From a phage, in the sequence record PZ386974.1: a DNA stretch of 64,000 bases; one strand, 5' to 3'. Under the pieces are notes generated by a model. It saw only the letters and a list, made by a program, of their open reading frames with translations, had not been told where the DNA came from and did no database searches. This document shows positions 32,408 to 42,235 of this stretch, piece by piece (the stretch's first letter is position 1; every line of letters starts with the position of its first letter). Made by a program: the position numbers and the translations under genes.

Positions 32408-33022
32408 CTACTTAATGAAATTAATTTCTACCGGATGAACAACAGGTTGAGCAGTGATATATTGAGTAATTGCTTTCATGACTAGAGCTTCAGAACCAGG
32501 ATTTTTCTCAACGAATTCACGTGCTTGGTTATGAGCTTCAAGTTCACTTAGTAAACCACTTCGTTGACATCCACGGTCTTGAGTACCCTGTTCAGATAAA
32601 AAGGCGACGATGTATTTTTCATCGTCATACGGTTTAGACGGTTGAGCAAATGTTCCTTTACTTCCAAAAGGAGAGTTATGACGCCACATCACGCCGTTAG
32701 GAGTTTCAACCTTCGTATATTCGTGTGGGCCATTTTTCTTAGTTTCTTGATGTGGAACTTCATGGACCTTAGGGTTAGGACATTCAATAAAATGCTCATC
32801 TAAATCAGTCGAGAATATTAAAGTAAAACAATTACTAAATTTACCAACACCTGCCTGATAAATTTTACCTTCAGACGTTCTAATTTCACAAACCGAGCCA
32901 GCATCAGTAACTTCTAAAACTTCAAAAGGCTCGATAAGGTCATATGAGAACATGTTTTTAAGGCGTGGAGTAATATCCCCATTTTTAAAATTCATTTTAT
33001 AAAAAGTATTAACTTTAAACAT
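32408..33022 (-). CDS. hypothetical protein (30.x, 204 aa)
   Basis: 204-aa ORF in T4-like codon usage. Confidence 0.6.
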   Translation of the reverse strand: MFKVNTFYKMNFKNGDITPRLKNMFSYDLIEPFEVLEVTDAGSVCEIRTSEGKIYQAGVGKFSNCFTLIFSTDLDEHFIECPNPKVHEVPHQETKKNGPHEYTKVETPNGVMWRHNSPFGSKGTFAQPSKPYDDEKYIVAFLSEQGTQDRGCQRSGLLSELEAHNQAREFVEKNPGSEALVMKAITQYITAQPVVHPVEINFIK

Positions 33023-33034
33023 AATTTCCTCAAT

Positions 33035-33050
33035 GGGAGCCGAAGCTCCC
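33035..33050 (-). other. intergenic RNA hairpin GGGAGC-ttcg-GCTCCC
   Basis: identical 16-mer hairpin also at 33974-33989. Confidence 0.45.
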
Positions 33051-33057
33051 AGTTAAA

Positions 33058-33423
33058 TTAGATATCAAATTCGTTAAGAACTACATCAAAGATTGCTTCG
33101 AGATGTTCAGGTTTAGCTCGGTTACTCAGGATATGACGAATCCAAGTTTTAACCAGAAGTTTACGATTAACACCATTCCAGCAAGGATGAGTACCTAAAT
33201 CACGTTGACGGAAATCATCATCTAATGCAATTTTGAAGTTGGAACCTTCCATTGTGATTGAAACCGTGATGCCATTTTCAAATCGCATATAAACATAATT
33301 AGGAGTCATATACTGCTCAATTTCACATACTGAACCATTTTTATGCTTCCACAAACAAACCATATCGATAGAACCAGCGATACCGTTAGAAACATATTTG
33401 CGTTCGAAGTTGGTGTAGTTCAT
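33058..33423 (-). CDS. hypothetical protein (30.x, 121 aa)
   Basis: 121-aa ORF. Confidence 0.6.
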   Translation of the reverse strand: MNYTNFERKYVSNGIAGSIDMVCLWKHKNGSVCEIEQYMTPNYVYMRFENGITVSITMEGSNFKIALDDDFRQRDLGTHPCWNGVNRKLLVKTWIRHILSNRAKPEHLEAIFDVVLNEFDI

Positions 33424-33497
33424 TTTATTCTCCAGATGTTTAAGTTGTTTGTTGGTACAGGTCTATAATAACATAACCTGTACCAAAGTAAACTGTT

Positions 33498-33866
33498 TTA
33501 TGCAACTTTAATCCAATTGTCTAAATTTAAAACACCTTTGGCTTTCATTTTTTCGATCAGGTTATCTGCTGTAATGCGTCCATTTTGATACCATGTAACA
33601 TCTTCAGAGTAACCAGTTTCTTCGTCAACATATGTTTCTGAACGAATTTTACCGGTAATAATAGTTTTTAATTCGTATGTGTCACCTGTGAAAAAGTTTG
33701 CTAACACAATTTTCCAAGAGAAATCATCTGAAGGACCTTCAGGGGTCATACAACTTACGATCTCAAATTGCTCTTTGTATAACATCCACTGGAATTCTTT
33801 AATTTCGATAGCTTTATAACCATCGTGGTCTTTACATTTGATGTATGAGTTCAGATTGATTTTCAT
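33498..33866 (-). CDS. hypothetical protein (30.x, 122 aa)
   Basis: 122-aa ORF with early-type promoter upstream (33909-33937). Confidence 0.6.
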   Translation of the reverse strand: MKINLNSYIKCKDHDGYKAIEIKEFQWMLYKEQFEIVSCMTPEGPSDDFSWKIVLANFFTGDTYELKTIITGKIRSETYVDEETGYSEDVTWYQNGRITADNLIEKMKAKGVLNLDNWIKVA

Positions 33867-33908
33867 TTTGTTCTCCAGGTTGTTTTATTGATTAGGTGGT
33901 ACAAGTCT

Positions 33909-33937
33909 ATAGTAACACATCCTACAGGAGAGTAAAC
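33909..33937 (-). promoter_or_regulatory. T4 early-type promoter (GTTTAC-N17-TACTAT)
   Basis: minus-strand GTTTACT, 17-nt spacer, TACTAT, upstream of ORF 33498-33866. Confidence 0.45.
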
Positions 33938-33973
33938 ATCTTTTTAAACTTTTTCTGCCCTAAACGCACAAAA

Positions 33974-33989
33974 GGGAGCCGAAGCTCCC
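33974..33989 (-). terminator. terminator hairpin GGGAGC-ttcg-GCTCCC + TTTTGTG
   Basis: directly after stop of the 59-aa ORF on minus strand. Confidence 0.55.
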
Positions 33990-33994
33990 TAAAA

Positions 33995-34174
33995 TTATGC
34001 AACAACCTTTCCAAAACGAGAAGCATCATCTCGAAGAACTGCACGTGCTCTGCGCATGATCTTCTCAACTGTTTGATTAATACGAGAGTTCGACCCACGC
34101 TTGTATCCAGCGCGTTTAGAGGTACCATCAACTTTCTTTTCAACTGCTTTCTTTGCTTTAGCTTGTTTTGCCAT
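33995..34174 (-). CDS. small highly basic protein (30.9-like), below ORF-track size cutoff
   Basis: 59-aa ORF MAKQAKAKKAVEKK... hand-translated; T4-like codon usage; terminator downstream. Confidence 0.55.
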   Translation of the reverse strand: MAKQAKAKKAVEKKVDGTSKRAGYKRGSNSRINQTVEKIMRRARAVLRDDASRFGKVVA

Positions 34175-34469
34175 TATAAATTCTCTTTAAATGAAAATGC
34201 AGGACTTATTGACATTGCCTGCGCAAGTCCTCAAGGGGAACATAGGTTTTGGATATTTAACGACAGGATAACCATAAACCCGTCATCATACCACCCACGA
34301 CTTAGACAGATAACCTTTTTCTGACGCGTGATAGTATAAAATACATTCAAGAGGTACACCGTAAAACTGCCGGGGTCTTAAAACTATAATGATTCGCAAA
34401 TCATTAATCAGACAGTTCGACGGCTCCTCGATTTTCTAGCCGCACTTAAGGTAGCGAATCACCTAAAAC

Positions 34470-34718
34470 TTATTTAAGGGTGATAACAAAATGACGTACT
34501 GCTTTACGAGCTGCAGAAGCCAAAGGCTTAGCGTATTTCAGTTCATCTTTTGCTTCCAGTTCAGAAGCCAAAGCTGCCTGTACCGGGTTCAGATGTTTGA
34601 AATATCGCAGGATTTCAAGAGCTTCGGCTTCAACATCAATAGATGCGCCATAGTTTTCGTGGCCGTTATTCCATGCGTTTCGTTGCAGTTCAAGAGCGTG
34701 TTGTAATTGTTTAATCAT
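34470..34718 (-). CDS. rIII: rIII lysis-inhibition accessory protein
   Basis: 82 aa; MIKQLQHALELQRNAWNNGHENYGASIDVEAEALEILRYFKHLNP matches T4 RIII. Confidence 0.93.
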   Translation of the reverse strand: MIKQLQHALELQRNAWNNGHENYGASIDVEAEALEILRYFKHLNPVQAALASELEAKDELKYAKPLASAARKAVRHFVITLK

Positions 34719-34834
34719 TTTAAATTCTCAATTCGAGATAATATTTAGTAGCCACGTTCGTCTGAATTTCACTTCCTTTCGACAAGTCTCTCAGTTGTAG
34801 GCTACCGCTTAGAAGAGTGTTCTCTTCATATAGT

Positions 34835-34842
34835 TATTTATA
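34835..34842 (-). promoter_or_regulatory. late promoter TATAAATA (minus strand) for rIII
   Basis: exact motif just downstream of gene 31 stop. Confidence 0.5.
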
Positions 34843-35175
34843 TCACTTATAAAGACACGGAATAGCTTTATAGTGGCATGTTACGAATTTCTGTTTAATT
34901 TCTTTAGGATGTTTAAGTCCCAAAGCCACAAATGGATGTGGAACATTTCGAATTTGTCCAACTGGTAGTGGAGTCAAATCACCGACTTCAACAAAACCTT
35001 CAGGAACATCAGGACCTACAGAATGAACTACACATAGTTCAGGAACTTCACCTTGAACACGTTTACCAATCACAAGTCCTGATTCGGTAACTTCTTCATC
35101 ACCTGCTTGAGCGGGTTCAGAAACCAGAATGACATATTCACCAACAGCACGAATTGGGAGTTGTACTTCAGACAT
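34843..35175 (-). CDS. 31: head assembly co-chaperonin gp31 (GroES analog)
   Basis: 110 aa; [21 protein letters not shown]... matches T4 gp31. Confidence 0.95.
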   Translation of the reverse strand: MSEVQLPIRAVGEYVILVSEPAQAGDEEVTESGLVIGKRVQGEVPELCVVHSVGPDVPEGFVEVGDLTPLPVGQIRNVPHPFVALGLKHPKEIKQKFVTCHYKAIPCLYK

Positions 35176-35205
35176 CTTATTTCCTTGTTGTTTGACGATA
35201 GATTA

Positions 35206-35230
35206 ATAATACCATACTATTCGTAAAGCA
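35206..35230 (-). promoter_or_regulatory. candidate MotA-dependent middle promoter for gene 31
   Basis: minus strand TGCTTTA (MotA box) followed 12 nt later by TATTAT. Confidence 0.4.
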
Positions 35231-35232
35231 TA

Positions 35233-35541
35233 TTACATAAGAAGCAAACGTTCTACTGGAGTACCATCAACCGAAATTACTTTATCAAGGCGGAAAGAAC
35301 GCCACTGACCTAACTCGGTATCGAATGCTCGAACTGATTCACGAGGTTCAGAACGAACTTCTGTTGATGGGTTACTATTTTCATATTTGACTTCAAGTTC
35401 ATCGCGGGAGGCAAACATCGTACGAACATCACCGTTAGCCTTTTCAAATACAACACAATGAACGCCTACAGACAGAATAGTTTTAATACGTTCACGAAGA
35501 ACCATAGTTTCTCGTTCAGTTAAAATCATATTATTCACCAC
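35233..35541 (-). CDS. hypothetical protein
   Basis: 102-aa ORF between cd and gene 31. Confidence 0.5.
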   Translation of the reverse strand: MVNNMILTERETMVLRERIKTILSVGVHCVVFEKANGDVRTMFASRDELEVKYENSNPSTEVRSEPRESVRAFDTELGQWRSFRLDKVISVDGTPVERLLLM

Positions 35542-36112
35542 AAAAGTTTCGGATTTGTTCCCAATTCAGAGAACGAAGATTATTACGAGAGTACTGAATT
35601 ACTTCAATACCGGCTTGTTTTAGAATTTCGGCCCAATTTTCAGGAGATCTGTCATATAATTCCGCGTATACAACCTTTTTAATACCTGACTGCGTAATAG
35701 CTTTAGTGCAATCAGGACACGGAGAAAGCGTAGTATATAACGTAGCACCTTCAATAGAATTACCTTTACGAGCTGCAAACAAAATTGCGTTCAGTTCCGC
35801 ATGGATTTCGTTATTAGCAGACCATGCACTATGAGCGGCCCGATGTTCTTTAGCCAAAACAAAATTATCCACCCGTCCAAATGCTGTAGTGCCTTCTTTA
35901 TGCCCAGCAACGATGACCGGGCTTGGTTTATTCTTCAACCAACCGTTTTCGGATGCATGTTCGCAACAGTTTGTACCACCTGAAGGAGAGCCATTATAAC
36001 CTGTAGAAATAATGCGTCCATCCTTTTCAATGACGGCACCAACTTTCCATGAACAACATTTTGATTCTTGAGAAATCAGATATGCAATCTGAAGGTATGT
36101 GCTAGCTTTCAT
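35531..36112 (-). CDS. cd: dCMP deaminase
   Basis: 193 aa; zinc-binding CDA motifs (HAE..., PCPDC); T4 Cd length. Confidence 0.93.
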   Translation of the reverse strand: MKASTYLQIAYLISQESKCCSWKVGAVIEKDGRIISTGYNGSPSGGTNCCEHASENGWLKNKPSPVIVAGHKEGTTAFGRVDNFVLAKEHRAAHSAWSANNEIHAELNAILFAARKGNSIEGATLYTTLSPCPDCTKAITQSGIKKVVYAELYDRSPENWAEILKQAGIEVIQYSRNNLRSLNWEQIRNFCGE

Positions 36113-37104
36113 TATTGAACCTTATTAATATAAGTTAACAGCTCTTTAGTTTGTTCCCAACTGATGCACGCATCGGTAACGGAAACGCCATAGGACATAT
36201 TATCAGAAATTTTTTGATTTCCTTCATGTAGGAATGATTCTATCATAATTCCTTTGACCAAATCATTAGCTGCTAAATTTTTACCAATACCAATTTGATT
36301 GCTATAATGCCCATCAGCGTTTGCATGGCTACAGTCAACCATTACATAATGATTCAGACCTACTGCCCTTGCTTTGTTAGAAGCTTCTTGAATATCAGAA
36401 GAATGATAGTTCGGGCCGTTGGTCCCACCACGCAATACGATATGCGTATTCTGATTACCTTCAGCTTCAACAATGCCTACAGTACCATCGACGTCCATAC
36501 CCATATACCGATGAGGCCAGGCGGCACTATACATCGCGTCTGTAGCTACTTTAATAGAACCATTGGTTGCGTTCTTGAAGCCTACGCACATCGGTAGACC
36601 TGAAGCAATTTCACGATGTGTCTGACTTTCAGTCGTACGGGCGCCAATAGCAACCCATGAGAAAATACCAGAAAGATACTTAATCGTGAATGGGTCTAAT
36701 ACTTCAGTTGCTAATGGAAGTCCCATACGTAGAAGTTTACGACACAATGTTCGTGCAACTATAAGACCGTGGTTCATATCAAAACTTCCGTCAAGATATG
36801 GATCATTTACAAGACCTTTCCAACCTACGGTAGTTCGAGGCTTTTCAAAATAAACGCGCATCACTAACAGAACATTAGGAAGACGAGTTTGAAGTTCGGC
36901 CAGACGTTTGCCGTATTCAACAGCAGCAATAGGGTCATGAATTGAACAAGGACCTACAACAATAAGTTTGCGTGGGTCTTCACCGTTCATAATCGAATTA
37001 ACTTGTTCGCGATGAGAAGCCACTTGTGATGCGTAAGCTTCCGACAAAGGAATAATCTCAGCCAGTTCTTTTGGAGAAATAAGTTTTCCGACGACAGGTA
37101 ACAT
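36112..37104 (-). CDS. class I 3-deoxy-D-arabino-heptulosonate-7-phosphate (DAHP) synthase
   Basis: 330 aa; full-length similarity by recall to E. coli AroG/AroF/AroH incl. VVGPCSIHD, KPRTTVGWKGL, IGARTTESQ, DCSHAN, ESFLHEGNQ, TDACISW; stop overlaps cd start (TAATG). Confidence 0.9.
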   Translation of the reverse strand: MLPVVGKLISPKELAEIIPLSEAYASQVASHREQVNSIMNGEDPRKLIVVGPCSIHDPIAAVEYGKRLAELQTRLPNVLLVMRVYFEKPRTTVGWKGLVNDPYLDGSFDMNHGLIVARTLCRKLLRMGLPLATEVLDPFTIKYLSGIFSWVAIGARTTESQTHREIASGLPMCVGFKNATNGSIKVATDAMYSAAWPHRYMGMDVDGTVGIVEAEGNQNTHIVLRGGTNGPNYHSSDIQEASNKARAVGLNHYVMVDCSHANADGHYSNQIGIGKNLAANDLVKGIMIESFLHEGNQKISDNMSYGVSVTDACISWEQTKELLTYINKVQ

Positions 37105-37225
37105 AACAATCCTTAGGAGATATAAACAGATTCTGATTCAACAATACCTTTAACCGGACCACGCCAGGCTAAGTTGGTAGTGCTCAGATTTATGACCATT
37201 CTCGATAGTAATGAGATAGCTCTCA

Positions 37226-37462
37226 TTATAGTGTTCCATATACTCGAGTTGCTTCAACAAGACCATCACTGCCTAATTTAAGGCTAGTAATCTGGCCACC
37301 ATCTTTAGGATTAACGATTATGAGAAAAGAACGTGGAGATTCTTGAATAACTCGTAATGTTGCATCCTGGAAACGTTCAGACACTTTATTGATGAGTGCT
37401 TGAGCAAATTCTTTTACTTTAATCTGAAATTCGTGCACTGTAATTGGGTTTTCACTTAGCAT
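37226..37462 (-). CDS. hypothetical protein
   Basis: 78-aa ORF with GAGGAAA RBS and early promoter upstream. Confidence 0.55.
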   Translation of the reverse strand: MLSENPITVHEFQIKVKEFAQALINKVSERFQDATLRVIQESPRSFLIIVNPKDGGQITSLKLGSDGLVEATRVYGTL

Positions 37463-37491
37463 TCTGTTTTCCTCATTGTGTTGGTAGAGTT

Positions 37492-37521
37492 ATAGTATCA
37501 CAACTCTACCATGTTGTAAAC
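37492..37521 (-). promoter_or_regulatory. T4 early-type promoter (GTTTACA-N17-TACTAT)
   Basis: minus strand GTTTACA, 17-nt spacer, TACTAT upstream of ORF 37226-37462 and DAHP synthase. Confidence 0.45.
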
Positions 37522-37523
37522 CA

Positions 37524-37799
37524 TTAAATTGCTTTGCATTCAATTTTTTGTGTACCGAAATTGATATCACATTGGATAACTAAATCGCCGTCAAGATCAA
37601 ATACCACGATGACGTGTGCAGACCCAGGGAGAAGAGTAATAGCAATAGAATCTACTTGGTCTGGGAGCAAAGCATTGAGTACATGAGTTAGTTGAGCATG
37701 AACTCTGAGTTCGGCTGCATTATCAAGCACTTCAAACATATTATTAGCAATAATCTGACTGAAGACTACCTTTACAATTTCAGAATAAGTTGGGAACAT
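37524..37799 (-). CDS. hypothetical protein
   Basis: 91-aa ORF. Confidence 0.5.
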   Translation of the reverse strand: MFPTYSEIVKVVFSQIIANNMFEVLDNAAELRVHAQLTHVLNALLPDQVDSIAITLLPGSAHVIVVFDLDGDLVIQCDINFGTQKIECKAI

Positions 37800-37806
37800 A
37801 ATTACC

Positions 37807-38031
37807 TCAGTGTACAGTATTTACTTTAACTCGAACAACAAATCGCTCGGTCGGTTCACCTACAGGAACAAACTCTACATGATATTCGCCTTTGTAACGA
37901 GTATTCAGATCATTACGAATTCCTGCGAGTTTGTTGATTAATGTAGGACTCATATTAAGTCCCACTAGTTTACGAAGCATTTTGTATGCTTCATCTTCGA
38001 TTTCATGATGTTTATCGTACATAGTTTTCAT
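37807..38031 (-). CDS. hypothetical protein
   Basis: 74-aa ORF. Confidence 0.5.
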   Translation of the reverse strand: MKTMYDKHHEIEDEAYKMLRKLVGLNMSPTLINKLAGIRNDLNTRYKGEYHVEFVPVGEPTERFVVRVKVNTVH

Positions 38032-38202
38032 TTAACCATTCAATTGCCTGGTCGACGTTATCAAATATACCGCCGTCCAACCATTCTTCATGTTCATAGT
38101 CCAGCACATCAATACCGAACCGTCCATTTACTAAAGGCCATACTACAAACAAATATTCTTTATGCTGTTCGATGACCTCAATCACTTCATATAATCGTTT
38201 CA

Positions 38203-38203
<1 letters not shown>
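38012..38203 (-). CDS. hypothetical protein
   Basis: 63-aa acidic ORF. Confidence 0.45.
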
Positions 38204-39289
<1,086 letters not shown>

Positions 39290-39290
<1 letters not shown>

Positions 39291-39589
39291 TATTTGATTC
39301 CTAAGAAAGCTTCAAGAATACGAATGTTGAGTTCGCGCCGGTCTTTATTAATTTCAGCAACGTTTTTATTAATTGACGTACTTCTAACGTTTGAAGAAAT
39401 AAATTTAATCATATGACTTTTGAGTTGATGCAAATCCAACCCTTTTTCTTTAGCAGCTTTACGAAGAGCTTTACCTGCTTCATCTAGTGCTTTTGCCGCA
39501 TCTTTATCATAATTGCCAAGTGGCATTCCGCGGCAGATATCAATATACTCATCAGACCGTTTGATGTAATTCTCTAGTAATGTTTTCAT
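39290..39589 (-). CDS. hypothetical protein
   Basis: 99-aa ORF. Confidence 0.5.
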
Positions 39590-39617
39590 TTAGATTTCCT
39601 CAATTATCCATAGGAGC

Positions 39618-39647
39618 ATTATACTCTGCTCCCGAGAGTTTGTAAAC
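39618..39647 (-). promoter_or_regulatory. T4 early-type promoter (GTTTACA-N17-TATAAT)
   Basis: minus strand GTTTACA, 17 nt, TATAAT. Confidence 0.5.
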
Positions 39648-39871
39648 TATTTTACTAAAGATTCAATATACTCATGAAGAGCTTTAGTCGCTACTGCCCA
39701 CTTATTCTGATATTCATTTTTCAGATTAGCACGAGACTGAACTAACAAGCGATCATTAGTCGGAGGCAAAGATTCTAATCGTTGAATCTGGCGTCCATAA
39801 ATCATAGCCGCCATTTCAGATTCATAGATAAGCCCTTTAATGTATTCATGCTGTTCTTTAGTCATTGGCAT
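39647..39871 (-). CDS. hypothetical protein (pseT.1-like)
   Basis: 74-aa ORF. Confidence 0.5.
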   Translation of the reverse strand: MPMTKEQHEYIKGLIYESEMAAMIYGRQIQRLESLPPTNDRLLVQSRANLKNEYQNKWAVATKALHEYIESLVK

Positions 39872-40152
39872 TTTTCCTCTTTTAAACCACTACGATAATA
39901 ACATATCATAGTCTTCTGGTCGTGTACATATCTTTTTACGTCGTTTAACCAGATACGAAATTCTTGAGAGTCTTCAAATGGCATTCCGACCCACGGATTA
40001 CCATCAATAACCTTTACTTGCCATTTCTGGTTATATTCAGCAATAGATTCTGGCCATGGCGGATGTAAAGTTTCTTTAGGGCTTAAGGGCACATCCTGGG
40101 CACATCCGGCCAAAATGCCAATAGATAATACAACTGCGGTTAATTTAATCAT
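39862..40152 (-). CDS. outer-membrane spanin lipoprotein (o-spanin, PseT.2-like)
   Basis: 96 aa; signal peptide with lipobox LAGC; immediately downstream of i-spanin-like gene. Confidence 0.65.
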   Translation of the reverse strand: MIKLTAVVLSIGILAGCAQDVPLSPKETLHPPWPESIAEYNQKWQVKVIDGNPWVGMPFEDSQEFRIWLNDVKRYVHDQKTMICYYRSGLKEEKCQ

Positions 40153-40505
40153 TCTGAGAGCTTCCTGAGGTCTTCTGCAAAGGAATCGAAGGACCTGTTG
40201 ATTTGTTTTTCGACCAATCCTGGCTTACTTGCCACCACGTTCTTCTTCTTCGAATCCTTACGGAGCTTTTCATTTTCGGCCTTAAGTTGGTCAACTAAAA
40301 CACGGTTCTTATAAGTCATTTCTTCGATTGACTGATATTGAACCTTGAAGTCGTCTAATACTTTAGCATTGTTTTTAGCGGTCTCTTTGACAGAAGCTAA
40401 TTCAGTATTCAACGAATCAACTTTGTTGTTTAAGACAACTATTGTTATCGTAGAAACTAGAGCAAAAGCTGCTACTATAGCATAAATCGGATTTACTTTA
40501 AGCAT
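40149..40505 (-). CDS. inner-membrane spanin (i-spanin, PseT.3-like)
   Basis: 118 aa; N-terminal TM helix (IYAIVAAFALVSTITIVVL) then charged coiled-coil. Confidence 0.65.
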   Translation of the reverse strand: MLKVNPIYAIVAAFALVSTITIVVLNNKVDSLNTELASVKETAKNNAKVLDDFKVQYQSIEEMTYKNRVLVDQLKAENEKLRKDSKKKNVVASKPGLVEKQINRSFDSFAEDLRKLSE

Positions 40506-40993
40506 GTTTTAATAATCTCAATGATTTCATCTCGGGATAATCCATTGATAAGAACGGTTTTCGGACCATCGCACTGGATTTTGTACGATTCAAACAATAC
40601 ACACAACTCTTCTGCTGTATGATACGGACTTGAGATTCCGAGACGGTTGAATTTGTCGGTAAGAGGGTCGCAAATAATGTAGAATTTTATACCTGAGATA
40701 TGTACGTTTGGTTGACTAATATTAATGAACACATTAGCGTCATATTTAGTCAAATTGTTTTGAAGAAATTCTACCATGGCATTAACTGCTTCCGGCATCG
40801 CTTCACGTTTCTCTTCGGTGTAACGTGTTGAATATTCCTTTTGCTTTAACTTCTTTTTAGCATTTTTCGCTAGAGTAACACGTAGGTCAGTAAGATAACC
40901 AACTGCACGGCCTTTCTTAAAGACCCTGATTCCGTCTGTAGAATCACCAAATGCTGCCACAACCATATCGTTAGTAATCAATTGCATATTCAT
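40493..40993 (-). CDS. alc: Alc, inhibitor of host transcription on cytosine-containing DNA
   Basis: 167-aa product from internal ATG (MNMQLIT...) with GAGGAG RBS; matches T4 Alc. Confidence 0.9.
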   Translation of the reverse strand: MNMQLITNDMVVAAFGDSTDGIRVFKKGRAVGYLTDLRVTLAKNAKKKLKQKEYSTRYTEEKREAMPEAVNAMVEFLQNNLTKYDANVFINISQPNVHISGIKFYIICDPLTDKFNRLGISSPYHTAEELCVLFESYKIQCDGPKTVLINGLSRDEIIEIIKTCLK

Positions 40994-41023
40994 AATTTTC
41001 TCCTCGTGTTGTTGATAAAAGCC

Positions 41024-41053
41024 ATAGTAACACCTTCCTTGGTGTTTGTAAAC
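41024..41053 (-). promoter_or_regulatory. T4 early-type promoter (GTTTACA-N17-TACTAT) for alc
   Basis: located in the alc leader (the ORF-track N-terminal extension) just downstream of the rnlA stop. Confidence 0.45.
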
Positions 41054-41055
41054 CA

Positions 41056-42189
<1,134 letters not shown>

Positions 42190-42205
42190 TCAGTTAGTTT
42201 TTTAA

Positions 42206-42235
42206 ATTGTACCACAATCCTTGTGGTATGTAAAC
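42206..42235 (-). promoter_or_regulatory. T4 early-type promoter (GTTTACA-N17-TACAAT) for rnlA
   Basis: minus strand GTTTACA, 17 nt, TACAAT, then GAGGA RBS. Confidence 0.45.

Noticed and set aside
33896-34324. 142-aa plus-strand ORF spanning the 30.9-like gene and part of the ORF-free region
   Set aside because: Low-complexity Cys/Phe/Leu-rich translation, no RBS, antisense to a better-supported minus-strand gene; treated as a chance ORF in AT-rich sequence.
34175-34469. tRNA gene or CRISPR array in the rIII-30.9 gap or elsewhere
   Set aside because: No GGTTCGAATCC-type T-loop or cloverleaf arrangement found by eye and no direct-repeat/spacer periodicity; the hairpins here are isolated. A tRNAscan/Infernal run would be needed to exclude a degenerate tRNA.
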